Below, in pieces: positions 49,752 through 57,927 of a DNA stretch of 64,000 bases. The position numbers and the translations under genes were made by a program. The notes beneath the pieces are model-generated. The model saw nothing but the letters and a program-made list of their open reading frames with translations, was not told the DNA's origin and made no database searches. Source of the DNA: an uncultured Eggerthellaceae bacterium (GTDB lineage Bacteria; Actinomycetota; Coriobacteriia; Coriobacteriales; Eggerthellaceae); contig CANODU010000002.1 of NCBI GenBank assembly GCA_947565185.1, positions 27,357 to 91,356 on the forward strand. Direction: 5' to 3'. The stretch's first letter is position 1. Each line of letters starts with the position of its first letter.

Positions 49752-50336
49752 TCATACGATGCGCTTGAGAGCGTATTGTAGCAACGTCTGCGCATCCTCA
49801 CTGGAAGGCGCATCCACCAACGCTGCATCTATCTCCGCTTTCGTGAATCCCATGGATCCGAGCGCTTGAACGGCATCCTTCAGAGCAGAAGATGCGCATA
49901 CCTCCGGCCCCTTCGATGCGTCCTCTGAGGCCGCCTGCGGAAGCGTGCCCTTGAGCTCCAGCACCATCCGCGATGCCGTCTTCTTCCCGATGCCCGGGAT
50001 CTTGGATATGGCCTTGATGTCCTCAGAGGCTATGGCACCTTCCAGCTCCTGGGGCGTGAATGCAGAGAGCGCAGCCAGTGCCATCTTCGGCCCGATACCG
50101 CTCACTCCGATGAGATTCCGAAACAGCGCCTCTTCCGCCTGCTCCATGAACCCATACAGGCAGATGCCGCTCTCCGACACCGACAGATAGGTGATGACGC
50201 GCACCGAAGAGCCCTCATCAGGCAATGCTGCCAGCGAATGGTCTGACATCAGCAGCTCATAGCCCACTCCGCCCACTTCGATCACCGCATGCGGCGCCGC
50301 CTTTCCCGCAACGCAACCGTCTAAGAATGCGATCAT
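49752..50336 (-). CDS. ruvA: Holliday junction DNA helicase subunit RuvA
   Basis: Start set at MIAFLDGCV, the conserved RuvA N-terminus. HhH motifs are present (LIGVSGIGPKMALA, KIPGIGKKTASR). Confidence 0.9.
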   Translation of the reverse strand: MIAFLDGCVAGKAAPHAVIEVGGVGYELLMSDHSLAALPDEGSSVRVITYLSVSESGICLYGFMEQAEEALFRNLIGVSGIGPKMALAALSAFTPQELEGAIASEDIKAISKIPGIGKKTASRMVLELKGTLPQAASEDASKGPEVCASSALKDAVQALGSMGFTKAEIDAALVDAPSSEDAQTLLQYALKRIV

Positions 50337-50391
50337 AGCCTCTTCCCCTGTTCGCGTCTTGCCCGTTGGAAGGAACGTGCCATCCAACGCC

Positions 50392-50913
50392 TCATGCCTG
50401 AGCCAGCGCAGCCGCAAGCACGCCCTCTGCCCGCGTGCCCCCCTCATGGGTGGTGTAGCAGATGGCCGCTGCCAGTGCATCGGCTGCGTGGTCGGGCTGC
50501 GGGGGCTCCTCCAGCCCCAAGATGCGCTGCACCATATACTGGACCTGCTCTTTGGTAGCAGCTCCATTGCCCACGACCGCCATCTTGATCTGGCTCGGAG
50601 CGAATTCGCCCACAGCCATCCCCTGCTGCGCGCAAGCCACGAGCGCTGCCCCTCGCGCCTGCCCCGTGGCGAAGGCAGCGGTGATGTTCTGTCCGAACCA
50701 CACCGTCTCTATGCCGACGCACCGAGGGCGGAAGCGCGCGACCACCGCTGATATCTGGTCATGGATCTTGAGCAGCCGCTGCGTCAGGTCATCGTTGCGC
50801 CTGGTGGATACGCACCCATAGGCGATGCAGCGCACCGCAGAGCCGCTTTGCTCGACCACGCCCCAGCCGGTATTGGCCAAGCCTGGATCTATGCCGAGTA
50901 TGATCCTGTCCAT
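50392..50913 (-). CDS. ruvC: crossover junction endodeoxyribonuclease RuvC
   Basis: Start set at MDRIILGIDPGLANTGWGVV, the conserved RuvC N-terminus with the catalytic Asp. The 144 upstream codons in the ORF track were rejected. Confidence 0.92.
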   Translation of the reverse strand: MDRIILGIDPGLANTGWGVVEQSGSAVRCIAYGCVSTRRNDDLTQRLLKIHDQISAVVARFRPRCVGIETVWFGQNITAAFATGQARGAALVACAQQGMAVGEFAPSQIKMAVVGNGAATKEQVQYMVQRILGLEEPPQPDHAADALAAAICYTTHEGGTRAEGVLAAALAQA

Positions 50914-50942
50914 CGCCCATCCTGCGCGCCCGCTCTTCTGTC

Positions 50943-50971
50943 TTGCATATATTAGTACATCTGTTTGGTAT
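50943..50971 (+). promoter_or_regulatory. candidate promoter giving a leaderless or near-leaderless pucR-type transcript
   Basis: TTGCAT, a 17-nt spacer, then TGGTAT. The -10 ends 8 nt before the ATG at 50980, and no SD lies between them. Confidence 0.4.
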
Positions 50972-50979
50972 CCTATGCC

Positions 50980-52140
50980 ATGATTCGAAGAAAGGACATC
51001 ACGGATCTTCCGGTATTCGACCGCATCTGGTTGGCATGCCCCTGCGCTTCCTATGAGCAGCGCCAGGTCATCAATTGCGGAACCCTGGACTATGAGCCGT
51101 TCTTCGACGATTACAACGTCTTCGTACCCGGCGAATTCATCTTCACGACGCTCGGATTCGCCAAGGCTGACCCCGCCCTTGCCGAAGATGCTGTCATCAA
51201 AGTGCTCAAGCGGGGCATAGCTGGGCTTGCTATCAAGCCTGTAGCCTTGACGGCGCTGACTCCGCGCATGGAAGAGGCTTCGAAGGAGCTCGGCGTGCCC
51301 ATCTTCTTCTATGACGGCCGCTATCTGGAGCACATCATCACCCAAGCCATGAACCTCATCGACGAAGACGCCGAAGCCTTCAAGCTCACATCGCTCATCG
51401 ATGCGCTCTTGGCGCCCTCAGATGGCAGCATGGTCCGTTCCCTCATGCTGCAGATAGCTGATGCCACAGGCGCTGCCGTCCAGTGCATCGCCTGTGCTCC
51501 TGATTCGCCAGATGCTGCGTCGCAACGAGCGCTCCTTGGTCAATTGGAAGCGCTCCTGGAAGGCTACGCGCGGCGCTTCCCTGACGTGGAAAGCGCGAGC
51601 GCACTGCTCTACAATACGTGCGCTTTGGGCTTCATCTCCTTCTCCCGCAAACCCCAGTCGGTCATCACCATAGAAGAGGCAGACCTCTGCAAGCTGGCAA
51701 GCCAGTTGAAGGGCGCGCACTGCGGCATCTCCCAAGAGCTCCCTTTGGAAGAAGGGGACCTCTGCATCCGCCAGGCGATCGCAGCCCAAGCCACCGCGAA
51801 GGCGGAGTCCGCAGAGGCCATCCGCTGGTCAGCGCTGCGCCTCGATGCCTTCCATGCAGCTGCCGCCACAGACCGCCTCTTCTCGCGAACCTCCCGCCTC
51901 ATCTTCGATCTCATCCGCGAATACGACGAAGAGCATGGGAGCGACCTTCTCGTGACGGCGAATGCCTATGCTGAGGCCTTCGGAGATGTCAAGGCAACAT
52001 CAGATGCGCTCATCCAGCACCCTAACACCGTGCGCTACCGCCTTCGCAAGATCAAGGAAGCCACCCACTCTTCATTCCTCACGGACAAGGAGATGGCCGT
52101 CGTTCTGATCATGACCAAGATAGCCACAGAGCGCATCTGA
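50980..52140 (+). CDS. PucR/CdaR-family transcriptional regulator
   Basis: C-terminal PucR-type HTH (TSDALIQHPNTVRYRLRKIKE) and an N-terminal PurC-like effector region. Start at the first ATG; the ORF track begins at an upstream TTG. Confidence 0.75.
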   Translation: MIRRKDITDLPVFDRIWLACPCASYEQRQVINCGTLDYEPFFDDYNVFVPGEFIFTTLGFAKADPALAEDAVIKVLKRGIAGLAIKPVALTALTPRMEEASKELGVPIFFYDGRYLEHIITQAMNLIDEDAEAFKLTSLIDALLAPSDGSMVRSLMLQIADATGAAVQCIACAPDSPDAASQRALLGQLEALLEGYARRFPDVESASALLYNTCALGFISFSRKPQSVITIEEADLCKLASQLKGAHCGISQELPLEEGDLCIRQAIAAQATAKAESAEAIRWSALRLDAFHAAAATDRLFSRTSRLIFDLIREYDEEHGSDLLVTANAYAEAFGDVKATSDALIQHPNTVRYRLRKIKEATHSSFLTDKEMAVVLIMTKIATERI

Positions 52141-52285
52141 GAAGCTCCCTTGCATTTGTGATCTTGTGTTGTGCGATCGGACAACGGAGGATGCGAAGCT
52201 TTGGAACATCCACAGCACTCTCCCGAAAGCGCCACTCTAGACTCATCTCCTGTCAACGAAGACAAGACGTTCCAAGGAGGAGATC

Positions 52286-52522
52286 ATGAGCAAGATGATG
52301 GAGACGCTTGATAGGGTGGATGCGAAATACTGCGCAAGCCTCATGAGCCGGTTCGAGCATATGGGCATCAGCAAGAGCGCCGGGGAAGCTGCCATCGGAT
52401 CCATGATCGTGCATGACGCCATTCCCACGGGCAACATCTGCATGGCTACCCAGTCCATGTTCCCCGCACCCTCCCCCGCCCTCACCTCATTCCAAGCGAT
52501 GTCTCCCGTAGCTGACGCGTAA
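52286..52522 (+). CDS. hypothetical small protein (78 aa)
   Basis: Very good SD (AAGGAGG, 5-nt spacer) and GC-rich third codon positions. I recognise no family. The stop codon lies inside repeat copy 1. Confidence 0.5.
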   Translation: MSKMMETLDRVDAKYCASLMSRFEHMGISKSAGEAAIGSMIVHDAIPTGNICMATQSMFPAPSPALTSFQAMSPVADA

Positions 52523-52646
52523 GCGGCAAATCTCACAGGTGCTGCTTACGCATCACCTACAGAACACGACGCAACCACTATTGCAGCCGTAGCTGACGCG
52601 TAAGCGGCAGCTCTGCACGGATGCTGCTATGCGCATCACCGACAGA
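52506..52646 (+). repeat. two roughly 58-60-nt direct repeats (starts 81 nt apart), each able to form a hairpin
   Basis: Copy 1 is 52506-52563 and copy 2 is 52587-52646. They share an identical 23-nt head (ccgtagctgacgcgtaagcggca) and similar tails (tgctgct(t/a)...gcatcacc(t/g)acaga). In copy 1, gcgtaagcggca (52517-52528) pairs with tgctgcttacgc (52540-52551). Confidence 0.85.
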
Positions 52647-52718
52647 CTGCGGCAGGTGCACCCTTGAAGCGTACAATGAGGATCTCGCACGCAGCGCATC
52701 ATCTTCGGAGGGATGACC

Positions 52719-53720
52719 ATGGCCAAGATCGTGATGACGGATTCGGACTTCGGAGGCTTCAGCTTCGAGGAGAAGATGGTGCGTGCTCACGGTCTGGATT
52801 TCCAAGGGTTCAACGACAAAGGAGACACCTCCCCTGAAGAGCTGATCGCGCACCTTGAAGACGCTAATGGGGCCATCACCTCCTACGGCGCCTATACTGC
52901 TTCCGTGCTGGAGGCGCTGCCACATCTCAAGGTGGTCAGCAAGACGGGCACAGGCGTCGACAACATCGACGTGGAGGCTGCCACTCGCTGCGGCATCGCG
53001 GTATGCAATGTGATGGGCTATGGCACAGAGGTGGTCTCTGACCATGCCATCGCACTGACCATGGCATGCTTGCGGCGCATCTGCGACCTGAATGCGGATA
53101 TGCATGAAGGTATCTGGGATTACCGACGCCAGCGTCCCTTGGGGCAGATCCATGGCCGCACCTTCGGCGTGGTGGGCATGGGGCACATCGGGCGCGCTGT
53201 TGCTCGCAAGGCGCGCGGCTTGGGCTTTTCGGTGATGGCGTGGGACCGCAAGGTCACGCCCGGGCGCCTCACACCGGAGGGCTTTCCCTATGCCAACCTT
53301 GATGACCTCATTCGCCGCGCCGATGTCGTGAGCTTCCATACGGCTCTCACCCCTGAGACGCATCATCTGCTTGACGCGGGGAGGATCGCGCAGATGAAGC
53401 CCGATGCCATCGTCATCAATACCTCTCGTGGCGCTGTAGTGGATGTGGATGCTGTGGCACGCGCCCTTGAGCACGGCAAGCTCTGGGGTGCAGGGATAGA
53501 TGTGTTCCCCACCGAACCGCTGCCCGCTGATGCCGCCATCCGCAAGGCCCCGCACGCTGTGCTCACCCCACACGCTGCCTACTGGTCCGAGGAGTCCGGC
53601 GTAGAGCTGCAAACGCGCTGCACGCAGAATGCCATCGACGTGGTGCTGGGCAAAGCACCCGAGGATTGCGTGAATCCTGAGGTCCTTCCAGCCGCATTCT
53701 CTAAAGGGGATATGAAATAG
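52719..53720 (+). CDS. D-isomer-specific 2-hydroxyacid dehydrogenase family protein (CtBP/PGDH-like)
   Basis: NAD-binding motif GVVGMGHIGRAVARKA, and catalytic-region motifs NTSRGAVVD and TPHAAYWSEES. The ATG at 52719 has 6-nt spacing to GGAGGG. The ORF track uses the ATG at 52713. Confidence 0.85.
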   Translation: MAKIVMTDSDFGGFSFEEKMVRAHGLDFQGFNDKGDTSPEELIAHLEDANGAITSYGAYTASVLEALPHLKVVSKTGTGVDNIDVEAATRCGIAVCNVMGYGTEVVSDHAIALTMACLRRICDLNADMHEGIWDYRRQRPLGQIHGRTFGVVGMGHIGRAVARKARGLGFSVMAWDRKVTPGRLTPEGFPYANLDDLIRRADVVSFHTALTPETHHLLDAGRIAQMKPDAIVINTSRGAVVDVDAVARALEHGKLWGAGIDVFPTEPLPADAAIRKAPHAVLTPHAAYWSEESGVELQTRCTQNAIDVVLGKAPEDCVNPEVLPAAFSKGDMK

Positions 53721-53745
53721 CGTACATCTGTATGTTATGTGAAGA

Positions 53746-53772
53746 TTAGCACTCTTGCCTTGAGAGTGCTAA
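53746..53772 (+). promoter_or_regulatory. CIRCE operator (HrcA binding site), perfect consensus
   Basis: TTAGCACTC-ttgccttga-GAGTGCTAA equals TTAGCACTC-N9-GAGTGCTAA. It lies 107 nt upstream of the hsp20 ATG. Confidence 0.85.
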
Positions 53773-53878
53773 TGAATGTGTGCATACTGTCTTCGACAAG
53801 AAGAGAGCAGCTTGCTTGATGCGATGCGCTATCAGAAGACGAGACGGAGCAGGCTGCACGCACAGAAAGAAGGAAGCA

Positions 53879-54385
53879 ATGCAGATGATGATCCCTTATC
53901 GACGCCGTCGGTACCCCTCCTCTCTTGGGTTCCCCTCTCGTTCCATGCGCTCGTTCGATGCGTCTTCCATCATGAAGACTGACATCAGCCAGACGGACGC
54001 GGGCTATGAGCTCACCATGGAGCTCCCCGGATTCTCCAAAGACGATGTCCAGGCTGAGCTCAAGGACGGCTACCTGATCGTCTCCGCTCAGATGAGCTCC
54101 GAGATCGAGCAAAGCGCCCCTGCTGAGGCAGCAGAGGATGAGAGCGCCAAGGCCACAGACGAGCAGGATCAAGAGCAGGACGCGCCTGCGGAGGGCAGCG
54201 GCCAGACCTGGGTGAGGCGCGAGCGCTTCTTCGGGAACTGCCAGCGCTCGTTCTACTTGGGCGAGGAGATCGACGAGGAGGGCATCACCGCGAAGTTCGA
54301 GAACGGGCTTCTCATGGTGAGCGTTCCGAAGAGCGTCAAGGAAGCAGAGCCCGAGCCGAAGAAGCTCATCGCCATCGAGGGCTAA
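53879..54385 (+). CDS. Hsp20/alpha-crystallin family small heat-shock protein
   Basis: Start set at MQMMIPY with SD AAGGAAG. Alpha-crystallin domain (MKTDISQTDAGYELTMELPGFSKDDVQAELKDGYLIVSA...ITAKFENGLLMVSVPK) carrying an acidic insertion. Confidence 0.88.
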   Translation: MQMMIPYRRRRYPSSLGFPSRSMRSFDASSIMKTDISQTDAGYELTMELPGFSKDDVQAELKDGYLIVSAQMSSEIEQSAPAEAAEDESAKATDEQDQEQDAPAEGSGQTWVRRERFFGNCQRSFYLGEEIDEEGITAKFENGLLMVSVPKSVKEAEPEPKKLIAIEG

Positions 54386-54422
54386 GCGGAACCGACCACT
54401 CCTTCCAGACAACCCCTTCCAA

Positions 54423-54455
54423 GCGAAGAGCCGGCCATCATGGCCGGCTCTTCGC
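54423..54455. terminator. 14-bp perfect stem-loop between convergent hsp20 and porB
   Basis: gcgaagagccggcc-atcat-ggccggctcttcgc. Confidence 0.6.
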
Positions 54456-54485
54456 ATATGCACATATATATGGGAGTCTGTGCGC

Positions 54486-55448
54486 CTATTCGATGGGGCT
54501 CTTCGCATCCTTCGAACCTTCGACGCGTCCTTCCAGATAAGCCCAGTACGCGTCAATATCAGCCTTCATCTCTTCGATGATGTGCTCGTTGCCCGGCTTG
54601 AAGAGGTGCTTGAAGCGCCCTTGGGGACGCAGGAACTCCTCCAGCTCCTTTTGATTCTTCTCCTTGACGGGCGTGAGCTTCCAGACGCCATTGTCCACCT
54701 CGAACAGCGGCCAGAAGCGGGTATCCACTGCCAAGCGGCAGATCTGCGCCGTCATGTCAGAAGGCAGGCGCCACCCGCGCGGGCACGGAGCCAAGACATT
54801 CAGGAAGGCAGGGCCATCCACGGCGAAGGCCTTCTCCGCCTTGCCCACCAGATCCTTCCAGTGCCCCACCGTGGATTGAGCCACATAGGGAACGCCATGA
54901 GCCGCGATGATGGAGGTCAGGTCCTTGCGGATCTGCGGCTTGCCCTGCTCCACCTTGCCTACCTCTGCAGTGGTGGCCCAAGCACCTTTCGGCGTGGCCG
55001 ATGAGCGCTGGATGCCCGTATTCATGTAGGCGCCATTGTCATAGCAGACATAGACCATGTCATGGCCACGCTCCATGGCACCGGAGAGCGACTGGAGCCC
55101 GATGTCATAGGTGCCGCCGTCGCCGCCGAAGGCAACGAACTTGACCTTCTTGTCTGGCGGGATCTTCCCAGCGCGCTGCATGCCCTTGAAGGCCGCTTCC
55201 ACGCCAGAGACCGTAGCCGCGGAGTTCTCGAAGGCATTATGGATGAACGGAACATTCCATGAATCATACGGGTAGATGGTGGTGGATACCTCAAGGCAGC
55301 CCGTAGCGCATCCCACCACCGGCTGGGTATCCTCCGGCACGCCCATGAGCACCTGCCGCACAGCCATGGAAGCGCCGCATCCGCCGCAGAGGCGATGACC
55401 CGGAGCCAGCTTCTCCGGCTGCTTGGAGAGTTCCTTTATGCTAGCCAT
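54486..55448 (-). CDS. porB: 2-oxoacid (pyruvate-type):ferredoxin oxidoreductase beta subunit (TPP binding)
   Basis: 320 aa. GHRLCGGCGASMAVRQ and GGDGGTYDIGLQSL. Confidence 0.88.
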   Translation of the reverse strand: MASIKELSKQPEKLAPGHRLCGGCGASMAVRQVLMGVPEDTQPVVGCATGCLEVSTTIYPYDSWNVPFIHNAFENSAATVSGVEAAFKGMQRAGKIPPDKKVKFVAFGGDGGTYDIGLQSLSGAMERGHDMVYVCYDNGAYMNTGIQRSSATPKGAWATTAEVGKVEQGKPQIRKDLTSIIAAHGVPYVAQSTVGHWKDLVGKAEKAFAVDGPAFLNVLAPCPRGWRLPSDMTAQICRLAVDTRFWPLFEVDNGVWKLTPVKEKNQKELEEFLRPQGRFKHLFKPGNEHIIEEMKADIDAYWAYLEGRVEGSKDAKSPIE

Positions 55449-56653
55449 TCGTTCTCAGCCCCTTCCGCTTCCTGCATGCCAAGGTAGGTCAAGCAACCCG
55501 TGGGCTTCGCACCGCCCGCCAGCTGCTCCAGATCGGCATAGACGCGGTTGACCGTCTCATTGGTGAGGTCGTTGCCGCCCAGGCCGTAGATGTAGTTATG
55601 CATGGGGATGTTGAGACCAGCCGCGTATAGCGCGCTCATCACATCCACCGCCAATGGCCCGAACTGGCCTCCGATGGAATCCGCTCGATCCATGATGGCT
55701 ATGGCCTTGGCACCCTTGCAGGCGTCAACGACTGCCTCCGCAGGGAACGGACGATACACGCGCGGACGGACGACGCCCACCTTCTTGCCTTGCGCGCGCA
55801 GCTCGCGACCCACATGGCGCATATTGCCCGCAGCAGAGCCCAAGACCACCACCACCAGGTCAGCGTCTTCGGTCTCCCACGTGTCGACCATATGGAACGG
55901 GCGACCGCAGATGTCTGCCCAAGCCTGCCCATAGCGCTCGATGATGGGCGCTGCATCCTGGCATGCGCGACGCAGGACCGAACGGGACTTCATGTAGGAG
56001 GACCCATTGGCGAACATGCCAGCGCCGATGGCATCAGCGCTGGTGAGCAAGCCGTTGGCGGGCTGGTAGGTGCCCACGAACGCGCCCACCGTCTCATCAT
56101 CTTCCATGACGCAACGCTCCATGGCATGGCTGGTGATGAAGCCATCCAGCGTGGTGAGAACGGGCAGCTGCACATCCTTGTCCTCGGCGATGGGGAAGCT
56201 GATGACGGTGTTGTCGTAGGCCTCTTGCGCCGTTTCGGCGAAGAAGATGATCCAACCCGTGTCACGCGCACCCATGATGTCCGAATGGTCGCCATGGATG
56301 TTGATGGGAGCAGAGAGCGCGCGGTTGGCGTTCGCCATGACGATGGGCAGGCGCATGCCCGCTGCGATGAAGAGCTCCTCCCACATGAGGGCTAAGCCCT
56401 GGCTTGCCGTGGCGGTGGCCACGCGCGCACCAGCAGCAGATGCTCCCACGCAAGCAGACATGGCCGAGTGCTCTGACTCCACGGTCACGAATTCAGTGGT
56501 GACGAGGCCATTGGCCACGTACTTCGCATAGTTCTCCACGATGGTGGTCTGAGGCGTGATGGGGTAAGCCGCCATCACATCGGGATTGGCCTGGCGCATG
56601 GCCTCGGCCACCATCTGATTGCCCGTAGCCGAGAACGGCTTGGATGCTGTCAT
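55436..56653 (-). CDS. porA: 2-oxoacid:ferredoxin oxidoreductase alpha subunit
   Basis: 405 aa. GNQMVAEAMRQANPDVMAAYPITPQT. Confidence 0.88.
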   Translation of the reverse strand: MTASKPFSATGNQMVAEAMRQANPDVMAAYPITPQTTIVENYAKYVANGLVTTEFVTVESEHSAMSACVGASAAGARVATATASQGLALMWEELFIAAGMRLPIVMANANRALSAPINIHGDHSDIMGARDTGWIIFFAETAQEAYDNTVISFPIAEDKDVQLPVLTTLDGFITSHAMERCVMEDDETVGAFVGTYQPANGLLTSADAIGAGMFANGSSYMKSRSVLRRACQDAAPIIERYGQAWADICGRPFHMVDTWETEDADLVVVVLGSAAGNMRHVGRELRAQGKKVGVVRPRVYRPFPAEAVVDACKGAKAIAIMDRADSIGGQFGPLAVDVMSALYAAGLNIPMHNYIYGLGGNDLTNETVNRVYADLEQLAGGAKPTGCLTYLGMQEAEGAENEWLA

Positions 56654-56971
56654 CTACCTCACCCCTTCCGCTTCGTCCTCGCGGATGAAGTCGAGCGCGT
56701 CGAATCGGCATTCATGCACGCATACGCCGCATCCCTTGCAGTGATCGTAATCGATGCCGGTCATGGTGCCATCGGATACCTGGATAGAGGAATCCGGGCA
56801 GACGACCCAGCACATCATGCAGCTGGTGCATGCATCTGCGTTCCATACCGGGCGCATGGACCGCCAGCCGCCGGTGATGTATTCCGAAGATGTCCCAGCA
56901 TTGCAGATGAGCCCCTTGGGGAACTCTTCCGGCTTCCAATCTTCGAATGTGGCCAGATCTGGCATCTTCAT
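56654..56971 (-). CDS. porD: 2-oxoacid:ferredoxin oxidoreductase delta subunit (2x[4Fe-4S] ferredoxin)
   Basis: 105 aa. CTSCMMCWVVCP and CKGCGVCVHEC. Confidence 0.88.
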   Translation of the reverse strand: MKMPDLATFEDWKPEEFPKGLICNAGTSSEYITGGWRSMRPVWNADACTSCMMCWVVCPDSSIQVSDGTMTGIDYDHCKGCGVCVHECRFDALDFIREDEAEGVR

Positions 56972-57543
56972 GCGAGGGACACCTCCTCATAGGCACGATC
57001 GACCGAAGCCAGGTTCGCATCGATCATCTCTTGCGCGAACTTCTTCCCGAAGGTCTCCTTCAAGCGCTCTTTCACGGCATCCACCGGCACGACGCCTGTC
57101 ACCTTGGACAGCGCCCCGACGATGGGGGTATTCGGAATGTCGCGCCCGATGGTGGCAACGGCGATGCCCGACGCGTCCACGATGGCCACCTTGACGCCCG
57201 CAGGCACATGGAGCGCTGCTCGGGCATCGGCAGCATCCATCTCGGTGTTCAGGATCAAGCACCCGTCCTCACGGATCCCCTCAGCCACATCCACGGTATC
57301 CAAGAGCGTATCGTCCAAGACCACGACGATGTCCGGATTGACGATCGTGTTGTGCACCTCGATCGGGGAATCGCTCACGCGCGTGTACGCCTTGAGCGGA
57401 GCACCTGTGCGCTCGGGACCATACTCTGGCATGGCCTGGATGTAGGCGCCTTGCAGAAGCGCCGCATCAGCCACGAGCTTCGCAGCCGTCACAGCACCTT
57501 GTCCCGCACGCGCATGCCAGCGGATCTCTGTCAGCTTGGACAT
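56968..57543 (-). CDS. porC: 2-oxoacid:ferredoxin oxidoreductase gamma subunit
   Basis: Start set at MSKLTEIRWHARAGQGAVTAAKL with SD AGGAGAGGA. The 42 upstream codons were rejected. Confidence 0.85.
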   Translation of the reverse strand: MSKLTEIRWHARAGQGAVTAAKLVADAALLQGAYIQAMPEYGPERTGAPLKAYTRVSDSPIEVHNTIVNPDIVVVLDDTLLDTVDVAEGIREDGCLILNTEMDAADARAALHVPAGVKVAIVDASGIAVATIGRDIPNTPIVGALSKVTGVVPVDAVKERLKETFGKKFAQEMIDANLASVDRAYEEVSLA

Positions 57544-57927
57544 TCCTCTCCTCTCGTTGTTCATACCTTGATTGCATGCGTCCGGATGAAGGCGGGCTTC
57601 TCCTCTCGGCTTTGCGCTTGCGCGAAAGCCCCTCAAGCGCCGCACCACGGACTCAAAAGATGATAACAATATGGCAACGGCGCGGCTTGCTGTCGCTGAG
57701 AGCCGAGCAGGTAAACGGGACGAACACGCACGGTAAATGGGAAGAGTCGGCCGAAGAGCCTCCGGTGAGCGGCTGTTTGCGAAGGGTTATGTGTTTTATC
57801 CTCAAGACGCGAGAGGGCTTTCTTTTGACTGCGTTTTCAATCATAATGGACGGCGTATAAAAAGCGCGCGCATACGCGCGTGCTTTCATAGGGGCAGGCG
57901 CCCCTCAGACCTTAGTTGGAGGGAACT

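Noticed and set aside
49752-51345. The extended ORF-track versions of ruvA (271 aa) and ruvC (317 aa).
   Set aside because: The conserved N-termini (MIAFLDG and MDRIILGIDPG) lie internally. The extensions overlap the upstream gene or the divergent promoter region.
52520-52603. Stop-codon read-through of the 78-aa ORF. The second TAA is exactly 27 codons downstream and in frame.
   Set aside because: Nothing in the sequence suggests a recoding signal beyond the repeat itself. The in-frame spacing is more simply explained by an 81-nt duplication. The point is kept inside the repeat finding rather than claimed.
52578-53612. 344-aa minus-strand ORF.
   Set aside because: It is antisense to the 2-hydroxyacid dehydrogenase, which has a clear NAD-binding motif and catalytic residues.
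53735-54556. 273-aa minus-strand ORF crossing hsp20 and both flanking intergenic regions.
   Set aside because: It runs antisense through the CIRCE element, hsp20 and the 54423-54455 terminator hairpin. It has no motifs.
57640-57800. Riboswitch-like fragments in the 370-nt por/ABC divergent region (CUGAGA as in TPP riboswitches, and AAUGGGAAG...GGUGAG as in cobalamin riboswitches).
   Set aside because: The other obligatory conserved elements are absent on either strand (ACCUGAUCUGG...GCG for TPP, the GCCACUG core for B12). The GC hairpins at 57861-57886 and 57891-57904 are noted but not interpretable.
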